Source: Prasinococcaceae sp. CCMP 1430 (taxonomy: Eukaryota; Plantae; Prasinodermophyta). Taken from it: a DNA stretch of 64,000 bases. The position numbers were made by a program, and so were the translations under genes. The stretch spans positions 452,429-516,428 of the forward strand of contig RQSC01000032.1 of the NCBI GenBank assembly GCA_013416795.1, given 5' to 3'. Below are positions 22,653 to 32,200 of this stretch, in pieces; within the stretch, counting starts at the first letter, position 1; each line of letters begins with the position of its first letter. The notes under the pieces are model-generated. The model did no database searches, was not told the origin of the DNA, and saw only the letters and a program-made list of their open reading frames with translations.

Positions 22653-24522
22653 CCCCCACCCCCACCCCCACCCCCACCCGCTGCCGCCGCCGGCGCCCCG
22701 CTCGCTCGGCGTCGTCGGGCGAGACGAGATGTGTGGCGTCGGGCGCCCGGCCGCGCCGTCCGCGCCGCAGCAGGGTGCACCCGCGCGCGCGCCCGACGGC
22801 GCACGTTCGGGGTCTGACCCCAAAAAGCAAAAATTTCAAACCCAAACCCCGAAACCCTCGACCCCCAACCTCCGTGCTCCGGTTTGGCGCTCTCGCGCGT
22901 GCATTCCAACACCCCTCTCAAACCCTTTTCTCGGGAACGACCCCAAACGCGCGCGCGCGCGCGCGCGCGCGCGCGCGCCGCAGCGGAGCAGGTTCCGCGC
23001 GGATCCGCGCGAATTCCCCGCGGCGGCGGGAACCCGGCGAAAAAAACGCGAACGCGCGGAAGACGCGGAAAACGCGGAAACGCGGGAGCGAAACGCCCTC
23101 CCCCGAACGCGGCCCGTCAAAAGCCCATCGAAATCAAAGGCCGCGACGGAACGAAGCGCGCTGCGATGGCAATTCGGCCCGCCGAACGTCGGAACGAATC
23201 GGTATTGCGATGCGATTGCAATTCGATGCGATGCGATGCGATGTATGTAGTCTCCTGTGGCTACTTATAATGTAATGATGAATGGTAATATGGGAGGGAT
23301 CGAAGTGCGCGCGCGTCCTTCCTCACCTGCCTTCATTCCTTCCTTCCTTCCTTTTTCCTGCTTTTTTTTTTTTTTGGTCTCCCGACCGAACTCTGTTCCG
23401 TTCCCCCCTTTGGATTTTTCGATGTTGGGCGGACGTTTCTTGCCTCCTTTCATCAGAAAGACAGTTATAGACGAGGGTCGTTTTTGATTTGGGTGGGAAA
23501 TTGCTCCGCACACACACACATCACACACACTTGAGACTTTCGCTGGGGGCGGATTTTTTGGCTGCAACCCCAGGCAGGTCGTGTTGATTTTGATGGCGCC
23601 CTCACCTCCCCCCACCTCCCCCACCACCTCGCCTCGCCTTCGGCCTCGTGCGCCCCATCCTCCCACCCCCTCCTCCCGAACGGCCAGAGCGTCTGCTGCG
23701 CGCCCCCCTCCTCGCTCTGCGCCGCGCAGCGCGCGCTGCGCCCGCCGTTTTTTCCCGCCGCCGCCGCGCGAAAAAGCGCCCCGCGGACGTTGCGGGCGGG
23801 CCGCCGCCGTGCGGGCAGGCTGCGGCAGCGCACAGAGCGCGCGCCGGCCGCGCTTCGTTGCAGCCGCGACGATACCAATTCTCTTCGCGATGTGCACATG
23901 TGCGTGGGCAGGGACGGTACAGTACAGTGTGCATGGACGCTTCACGAGGCTTGTGAGACGCTTCTCGGCCACCACACCCGTTTTTCCTACGGAAACGATT
24001 CCGAGAAGCTCGACGCGGAGCGCGAGAATGCGAATGTATGAGCATTCGACCGGAATGCGTGCTAATTCGCGCGCGCGCGTTCGCGGGGGAACGCGCGCGC
24101 ACGCGCGCCTCATCCGGCTCCAAAAACCAACGATCCGATCCGCTGGTGTAACTGCCGCAGCCGAGGCGCGTCGCGACGGCGCGAGGGCGGGAGGGCGCGC
24201 GGGTGAGAGCGAGGGCCGAGGGGCGGCGTGAGGGCGCCGGGAGTGAGGGCTGTTACGTCTCCCCACCCACCCCACCCCTCCTGCCGTCGCCCTTGATGTG
24301 GTCGCTCCGCGCGCGCGGCGTCACACCGCGCGGTGCGTGCCTCGCAGGCGCCGTGACATCGTGCGGCGCCAACGGGCACCGCGGCGAGGGTGCCGCTGAG
24401 GCTCTCCCCCGCCACTGTCTGGCCGCAGGTTCCTGCGCGCGGTCCTTGCGGAGCGAGAGGCGGTCGAGTTCGAGAACTGTGGACGTTGCACGGAGGACCG
24501 CGAGATAAGGGAGGGGAGGCAG

Positions 24523-25320
24523 ATGGCGGACAGAGCGCTGCTCCTGGGGACCATGAGCAATGACAATTCGTACAGCATTTGCTCCACGTGGAACAACGAC
24601 GTACCGGCGTCCTTCCTGGAGCCGAACGGCGAGTGCAAGTACGGCCATGCGGCCGCTTGGGGGCAGAAGTGCCGGGAGGGCTACAACAATAAGGACGCGG
24701 CAAACACGTGCGAGTGCGTCAGCCAGGCGCGCGCGCGTAACGGCATGGAATCGAGGCTAAACAACTATCTCATCTTTGGTGCCGTTGCCTGTGGGCTCGC
24801 CATCCTCTGGATCGTATGGGCCTTTTACCGCAAGCGGAAGATGAAGTCCCAAGAGGCCTCGTCGGCGCCCGCGTACGGCGGCGTCTCGGTGCAGATGAGT
24901 TCCATGCTGCCGCCGGCCGGAGTGGTGCCCGTCGCGACCCCAGTCGCGGCGCCCAACTACGTGACGGCTGGGCAGCCCGCCGGCGCGGGGCAACCCGCGG
25001 GCGTGGCCGCGCCCATGCAGGCGGGCTACGCCGCGGCGGCCGTGCCTACGGCCATGCCCGGGCAGACCATCGCCCCCACGGTTCCGGGGGGTATTGCCAC
25101 CGCGCCACGCTACACCACGCCGCTGGCGCGTCTTCCCAAGGCGGAGGGCAACGCCTGCTGCGGCATGTCTCGTGGAGAATGCTGCGGCTTTTGGGTCACG
25201 CCGGGCTTTCTCCTCGTCATCGGGGGCTGTGCGCTCATCTATGGCGCGTCCAGAGAGAAGACCGACGAGTACTGGGCGGGGTGCGGAGAGGACACCGGGA
25301 TCACCAGCCTGTTTGGTTAG
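24523..25320 (+). CDS. hypothetical two-TM membrane protein: Cys-rich N-part, Pro/Ala-rich linker, Cys-Cys motifs before TM2
   Basis: TM1 YLIFGAVACGLAILWIVWAFY followed by RKRK; TM2 FWVTPGFLLVIGGCALIY. The frame is open upstream to an acceptor near 24428, so the start is probably further 5'. Confidence 0.7.
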   Translation: MADRALLLGTMSNDNSYSICSTWNNDVPASFLEPNGECKYGHAAAWGQKCREGYNNKDAANTCECVSQARARNGMESRLNNYLIFGAVACGLAILWIVWAFYRKRKMKSQEASSAPAYGGVSVQMSSMLPPAGVVPVATPVAAPNYVTAGQPAGAGQPAGVAAPMQAGYAAAAVPTAMPGQTIAPTVPGGIATAPRYTTPLARLPKAEGNACCGMSRGECCGFWVTPGFLLVIGGCALIYGASREKTDEYWAGCGEDTGITSLFG

Positions 25321-26053
25321 ACTCTAGAATCAGTACGGGCGGGCGGGCGGGCACGGCGCGTTCCTCCCCAGGCACGGAGCACAGGGCCAGCAGGGCCGCA
25401 TGGCTCGACCGACTTCAAGCGGCAGCTCGATTCTCGAGCTCGTGCTCGAGCTCGGGCCCTCGAGCACTCCGTCCGAGTTCCAAACCCTGCAGCACACACC
25501 TCCCTGAAATAATACCACGACGTTCCCAAACGATCGACGCTTGCTTGGCTGGCCTCGGTTGGCCTTCGTCCGGCGCGCGAGTCCCCCATCGGCAGTCACG
25601 CACGCGCGGCTGGTGCGGTGCGCGCTGGCGGCGGGCCCAGCCTGTGCACACCCAGCCGCGGACGGCGCACCCTCCCTCCTCTCTCTCGCCACCCATCTCT
25701 GCATCCAGCACTGTCCTGTACGTCGCTAGCTTCGGGCCGTTCCTTAATAGCTTCCTTCAGTACTACAGTAGGGTTTCACGAGGGTGCGCCGCGCGCGCGC
25801 AAAAAAAAAAAAATCCCACGTGTCACGAATGGTCTGCGGGACACGGCGCGATACGATACGATGGCGACGAAGAAGTCTGACCTGGTATCAGCAAAAAATT
25901 ATACGCGTCGCACGCACGCGCGCGCGCTCGCGCTCGCTCGCTCGCGCGGGACGCCGTGTACCAGGTGCGCGGCGCGGCCCTGCCCTGCGCGCCTACGCGG
26001 CGCCCCGGCGGCACCGCTGTCCGTCGCGGCGCGCCAGCTAAGGGGGGTGGTTA

Positions 26054-26479
26054 CTAGTACGGGTCGCGGACCGCCGACAGCCGCGCGAGCCTGTCCTGCA
26101 TCTCGTCCAAAAGCTGCTGGCTCCTCTCGTACTGGGCCTGCGCCCTGACCGCCGCCGCCTTGTGCCGCCACGCCTCGTCGCGCGCGGCCTGGAGCTGGGC
26201 GGCCAAGGTGAGCTCCGTCTCCTCCTTCTCGAGCTCGCGCTGCATGTGGTAGAACGTCAACGTGCTCATGTTCGCCCACACCAGGTTGGCCCAGATGTGG
26301 AACGCCTTCTTGCGCACCGCGTCGAACCTCGAAACGAAGGGGAACATCGCGGCCATGAGCGCGAACAGCGGGACGGACAGGACAATCGTCCACACGTAGA
26401 AGCAGACGCAGCGCCACACTGCCACCGCGCCGGAGAATGCCTTGTCAAAGATGTCCCTGTTGTCGTCGGGCATCGCCAT
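26054..26479 (-). CDS. short paralogue B: LPAAT1-like membrane hairpin plus one coiled-coil repeat unit (~141 aa)
   Basis: WRCVCFYVWTIVLSVPLFALMAAMFPFVSRFDAVRKKAFHIWANLVWANMSTLTFY, then QRELE..LAAQLQAARDEA..AVRAQAQYERSQQLLDEMQDRLARLSA. ATGs at 26479 and 26473; the frame is open to TTG 26644. Confidence 0.75.
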   Translation of the reverse strand: MAMPDDNRDIFDKAFSGAVAVWRCVCFYVWTIVLSVPLFALMAAMFPFVSRFDAVRKKAFHIWANLVWANMSTLTFYHMQRELEKEETELTLAAQLQAARDEAWRHKAAAVRAQAQYERSQQLLDEMQDRLARLSAVRDPY

Positions 26480-27399
26480 CGCCGCCCCCTCCGCGGCCGC
26501 GACCGCCACGTTCGCCGCGCGCCGCTGTACCGGGCCGCGGCCGACGCCGCGCGCTGCGGCCGGCACGGGCGGGAGGCGAGCGGCGCTCACGGCCGCCGGT
26601 GCGGCGGTCGCGGCGGCGGGGGTGGATGCGAGAGAGGCTCGCAAGTCGCCCTGCGCAACCCCTGCCGGGGCTCTTGAGGTTCAAGGCGCTGCGGGGCCTG
26701 CAGCGTGCGCTGCGCTGTTTCCGCCGAGCGGCCGCGCGCTCGTCGGGCGGGGCATGGAGCGCTTCGTGCGCGGCGACCTGGGCAGCGCGATGGCAGACTT
26801 CGACGCCGCGTACGAGATGGACGAGCAACTCAGGCCGCTTTTGTGGCAGCGCGGGCTGTCGCTTTACTACGCAGACAGGTTCGACGAGGCGCAGGTGCGT
26901 GATGCCCGCACACGCACGTTGCTCAACGCCATCGCACGCTCTCCGCCGGCTGCTCACACTGCGCGCTCACTCGCGCCATGCGCAGGCGCAGTTCCTGCTC
27001 GATACCTCGCGCAATCCGAACGACCTAGAAGAGCTCCTGTGGGCATTCGTATCGGACGCGCGCCGTCCTGGCAGCTCGGCGGCGGCAGCCCGTGGCCGAC
27101 TTCCCACGTTTCGCGGACGCGAGCGCCGCGCGCCGCTGCGTGCCGCGTGGGAGGCTGCGCGCACCGGCGCGCCGGAAGCGCTCGAGCAAGCGCTGGCAGG
27201 CGCGGAGGATGGCTCTGGCGCGCAGTTCTACTGCTTGCTATACACTGGCCTGCTTGCCGAGGCCGACGGCGACGCGGTGCGCGCGCGCGAGTATATCTCT
27301 CGTGCGGCGCGCTCGCCGTACGCAGCGCGCAGCGGGGACTACATGGGCGCACTCGCAATCAACCACGCGCAGCTACGCGGCTTCGATGCGGGCGCGTAG
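26451..27399 (+). CDS. conserved plastid-type TPR protein (NlpI-like)
   Basis: RGMERFVRGDLGSAMADFDAA..RPLLWQRGLSLYYADRFDEAQ|AQFLLD..NPNDLEE..GDYMGALA. Intron 26895-26985. The N-terminus is Ala/Arg-rich with RRAAL. Start ATG uncertain. Confidence 0.8.
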
Positions 27400-27481
27400 A
27401 CTACGAGTGCCGCCGCAGCAGTACACTGTACCGTATTGTGTCTCTACAAGCTCTTCCCTCCGAGACCGCGTGCATGCTGCG

Positions 27482-28189
27482 CTATCGCATGCAGTGACGT
27501 CTGTGCCCTGCGAGCGCCTGCGGGCTCTTGAAGTCGCGCCCACACTGCGTGCAGCAAGTGGCGGACACGGTGTTTCCGGTGCCGCCGCCGCCTGATGCGC
27601 CTTCGGTGCCACCGGCGCGGTAGTTACCAGCCCCTCCCGCTGGCTGCGCTCCCTTGCCTGCGCCGTACACGCCGCCGTTGGTGCCGGCCGACCCGGCGCC
27701 ATTGGCACTCGGCTTGACGGCTGTGTCCGCTGCAGTCTCACCAACGGCCGCGGCGGTGTCGCCCTCGCCATTCGCGGCGCTGGCAGCTGCGTCGCCCTTC
27801 GGCGCCAACGCATCGCCCGCGTCTGCATCGGCGCCTGCGCTGCCATTCGCTTTGGCGCCCGCCTGAGGCGCCCCTGTGTCCCTCTTCCTCTCCTCAGCCG
27901 CGGCGGCGGCGGCCTTCGCAGCCTCCTCGGCAGCCGCGGCCTCAGCGACCGAGCGCACAACGAGGATAGGCTTGATCTCGACCTCCTCGGCAAGCTCAAT
28001 CTTTCGCACGTGCTTCTCAAAACCGCCCCAGAGCGCCAGCGTCACGCGCCGCAACTCCGACCCCTCCGCCGCACAGTACGCGGCATCGCGCAGCACCGCA
28101 CGCACGTCTGCGACGAATGGCGCCGCCGACTTGTACTCGCCTTGCGACAGCCGCTGCTGCACCACGCTCAGGTCCAGCGCGTCGTTCAC
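27482..28189 (-). CDS. terminal exon of a protein with the C-terminal half of a bromodomain and a C2H2 zinc finger
   Basis: LDLSVVQQRLSQGEYKSAAPFVADVRAVLRDAAY..GS..FE (bromodomain helices A-C) and CTQCGRDFKSPQALAGHRRHC. Acceptor at 28190; upstream exon not identified. Confidence 0.7.
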   Translation of the reverse strand: MNDALDLSVVQQRLSQGEYKSAAPFVADVRAVLRDAAYCAAEGSELRRVTLALWGGFEKHVRKIELAEEVEIKPILVVRSVAEAAAAEEAAKAAAAAAEERKRDTGAPQAGAKANGSAGADADAGDALAPKGDAAASAANGEGDTAAAVGETAADTAVKPSANGAGSAGTNGGVYGAGKGAQPAGGAGNYRAGGTEGASGGGGTGNTVSATCCTQCGRDFKSPQALAGHRRHCMR

Positions 28190-29252
28190 CTGCGTGGGGG
28201 CGCGGGCGCTGCCGTCAGCACTGCTCCACCCGCCCTCTCCTTGTTGCAAGCGCTGGCACCCGCTCGCGATCTTTTTTTTTTTTAGGCGAAATCCCGCCCC
28301 GGCGAAGCTTCAACCGTCAAGGAGCGCCGCGCGCGCGCGCGCGGGCACTGCTCCTCCCTCTCCTCCCGCCCCGCCCCAAGGGATGAAGGCAAGACATCAG
28401 GGCCTCTCCTCTCGCCTCTGTCTCCCTGGCGTGGCGTTTCTGCCTCCCCCCCGCCCCCCGCCGCCGCGCCCCCTCGCGCGCACTGTGGCGGCGCGCGCGA
28501 CACCGCAGCCCGCAAAGACGACCGCCGCGCACCAACGATCCCCAATCGAAATAACATTATGTTGAATCAATACAACTCATTTAGACTTCACAAACGACGT
28601 TACATTCGTATGAAATCTAAAATATTCCGAAAGCCGCAAGCTCCTCACGGGCGAGCAGACTTGGATAAGTCTCAAGCACGTCGCGTGTCGGATTCGGCGT
28701 CGCCGCATGCGTTTTGACCTGCCGCGGCCCAACGTCACACTTTTTGGAATGACTTCCATTTGAATACAACCTCCGTGTTTTTATCGCCCTTATTAGACAT
28801 CTCCGTGAGTTCGTCAGAATACGACGGATTCAATTTGGAGGGCGGCACGGCGGCGGGGGAGCGCGCGGCCCGCGACGGAGCCGCGCCGCGCGGGGGATTC
28901 GCATGCATTGACTTCTTCGATGTTTTTTTTGAACGGGCCCACGTCACAAAGCACGTCGAGACGGGCATATTTTAACCCTCCTTCTACCCCAAATATGCAC
29001 AGCGTGCCGCGTTCGTACCCATACCTTGAAGCGTTCTTGTTCGGGACAGCAGTTGAGGCGGAGGCCCCCCGGGAGAGACGCGTCAGCCCGCGGTGGCGTC
29101 GGCGCGCCGAGGCTGCAAGCGAGCAGGTGGAACCAAGGCGACGGGCGGCGCAGGCGCCCGCTGCCAGCGGCGCCGGCGTCGCCGCCGCGGCCGCCCAATC
29201 GCTGTCACATATACTGTTTGATTGTTACATACAAGTGTGCACGTACGTGCTC

Positions 29253-32200
29253 CTACGCCGAGACGCCGAGCACGCCGCTGCCGCCCCGAGCAACGTCGGC
29301 GTCGACGAGCGATTCCTCGGCGGCGCGCTCTGCCAGCGCCGCCGCCTTCTCGGCGCGCGCGCCAACGGATTCCAGCTCGTCGCTGAGTTCCTGCACGAGG
29401 TCCTTGTCCGAGAGCCACCGCTGGATGAAATTCGAGCAGAACTTGAACGCGTCCTTCTCGCGCGACCGCTTCACGTGCGCCTCGCGCGCCACGGCCTGTC
29501 GTTCGGCCGCATGCGCCTCCGCAAGCTGCGACTGCAGCGAGGCCGCCACCTCCTCCACGTCGTCGTACTCGTCCTGCAGCGCGTCGTGAGCATGCATCAA
29601 GTCGGCGTGCGCCTGCATGGCAGCGCTCACCGCCGCCGGCGTGACACCCCCGCCCTCGCGAAGGACATCCGTCCGGTCGCACAGGGCGCCAAATGCGCGC
29701 TCCAGGTCTCCGAGGCGCGCGCGCAGCCTGTAGGCCTCCGACTCGCTCGCCGCGAGCTGGCCCCTCGCGTCCGACAGCTGCGAGGACAGGGCGTGGCTCT
29801 GTTCGGCCGCGTGCGCTCGCACCCGCGCCAGCTTTGACTCGAGCAAATCGGCGTGATTCTGGTTCTGCTGGACCGCGGCCTCCGTCCGCGCCAGCTGGGC
29901 CGTGCGCGCGCGCACGTCGTCGTGCGCCGACTCAAGCTCGGAGGCCATTCTCGACTGTGCCGCCGCGGCGTCGGCGCGGATCTTGTCACCCTGCTGCCTC
30001 GCCTCCGCCAACTTGAGCGTGAGGTCACGGTTCGCCTCGATCGACCGCGCGAGTCTCACCTCCAGGTCCTCGACACGTTGCTGATAGTCCTTGGCCTCAG
30101 CCTGCGCCTGCTCCGCCTGTGCTACGCGCGTGCGCTGGAACATGCGTGCAAACTCAAGTTCGGCGGCCATGTGCGCCTGCACCTCCTCGGCTTCCGCGCG
30201 GATCATGTCACCCTGCGCGTGTGCGTCTGCCAGCTGGGAGGCGAAGTCGTGGCTGGCCTCGGCCGCGCGCTCCGACACGCGAGCGAGCCTCTCCTGCATC
30301 TCCTCCGCATGCCTGCTGCTCTTGTCGGCCTCGTCCTGCGCGCGCGCCGCCTGCGCCGTGCGCATGCGCACGTCCTCGCGGGCAGACTTGAGCTCGGCCT
30401 CCAGTCGCGCCTGCGTCTCCTCGGCTTGAGCGCGAATCCTGTCGCCCTGCTCGCTCGCTTCCGAGAGCTTCGCCCCGAGCTCGTGGCTCGCCTCAGCCGC
30501 GCGCGCGGCCACGCGCGCGAGCCTCGCTTTCATCTCTTCCGCGAGCTCAGCGTTGGCGTCGGCCTCGGCCTGCGCCTGCGCTGCCTTTGCAGTGCTCGTA
30601 TGCGCGTCGTTGCGCGCAGACTCGAGCTCGGCCGCCATTCGCGACTGTGCCTCCTCCGAGTAAGCGCGAATGGCGTCACGCTCCCCTCTTGCCTCCGCGA
30701 GCTTCAGGCCGAAGTCACGGCTCGACTCGGTGGCACGCGCCGCCACGCGCGCGAGTCTCGTCTGCATTTCCTCAGCGAGTTGCGAGTTGGCCTCTGCCTC
30801 CGCCTTTGCCTGCGCCAGCTCCGACGTGCGCGCGCGCACGTCGTTGCGCGCGGATTCCAGCTCCGCGGTCATGCGGGCGTGGGTCTCCTCGGCCCAAGCG
30901 CGCATCCTGTCACTGTGCTCCTGCGCGTCCGCCACCTGGGATGCGAAGTCGTGGCTGGCCTCGGCCGCACGCGCCGCCACGCGGGCGAGCCTTCCCTTCA
31001 TCTCCTCAGCGAGCTGAGCGTTGGCGTCGGCCTGCGCCTGCGCCTGCGCGGCCTGGGCTGTGCGGGCGAGAGCGTCGTTGCGCGCGATCTCGAGCTTGGC
31101 AGCCATGTCCAACTGCGCTTGCTCAGCGCCGGCGCGAAGCATGACGCCGTCCTCCCTCGCCTCCGCGAGCTGCGACGTGAGGTCGCGGCTTGTCTCGGCC
31201 CCGCGCGCTGCAACGCGCGACAGCCTCGCCTTCATCTCCTCAGCAAGTTCGGCGCTCGAGTCGGCGTCAGCTTGCGCTTGCGCTGCCTGTGCCGTGCGCG
31301 CGCTCACGTCGTTGCGTGCTGACTCGAGCTCGGCGGCCATGCTCGAATGCGCGCGCTCCGCGTCGGCGCGAATCTTGTCGTTCTCCTCCTTTGCGGCGGC
31401 CAGCTTCGAGGCCAGATCACGGTTGGCGTCCGCTGCACGCGCTGCCATTCGCGCGAGCCTGACCTGCATCTCCTCAGCAAGCTGGTGACTCTTGTCAGCC
31501 TCGGCCTGCGCCCGCGCCGCCTGCGCCGTGCGCGCGTGCGCGTCCTGGCGGGCTGACTCGAGCTCGGCTTCCATTCGCAAGTGTGCCTCCTTTGCCTCAG
31601 CCCGAATCCTGTCGCCCTCGACCGTGGTATCAGCGAGCGTCGATATCATGTCGCTCCTCGTCTCGGCCGCGCGATACGACAACCGCGCAAGCTCCAGCTG
31701 CGATTCCGCATCGGGGTCATTCCGAGACACAACTTCGATGGCCAACCTCGACTGCACCTCCTCAGCGTTGGAGCGAGCCTTGTCGCTCCGCGCCTCTGCC
31801 TCTGCCAATTTCGAGGACAGCTCGCGGTTTGCCTCGGCCGCACGTGCTGCCACCCGCGTGAGCCTCGACTGCATCTCCTCGGCGAGCTTGCTGCTCTTGT
31901 CGGCCTCGGCCTGCGCGTGTGCAGCCTGGGCTGTGCGCGCGAGCACATCGTTGCGCGCAGACTCGAGCTCTGTAGTCATCCTCGACTGCGCTTCCGCGGC
32001 CTCGGCTCGAATGGCATCGCCCTGCTCCTTCGCAGCAGCAAGCTTCGCCGTGAAACCACGGTTGGCCTCGGCCGCGCGCTCAGCCACGCGCGCGAGCCTC
32101 GACTGCATCTCCTCCGCAAGTCGGTTGCTCTCGTCCGCCTCCGCCTGCGCCTGCGATGCCTCTGCCGAGCGCACGCGCAAGGCATTTCGCGCGGACTCAA

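Noticed and set aside
22838-22870. Telomere-like aaacccaaaccccgaaaccctc run as an interstitial telomere
   Set aside because: Too short and degenerate; no perfect tandem units.
23270-23300. C/D-box snoRNA candidates (ATGATGA here; GTGATGA near 36965; minus strand near 45455)
   Set aside because: No suitably spaced CTGA D box with a terminal stem was found.
28545-28850. AT-rich island as an ncRNA gene or foreign insert
   Set aside because: No recognisable RNA motif or terminal repeats; consistent with ordinary intergenic DNA.
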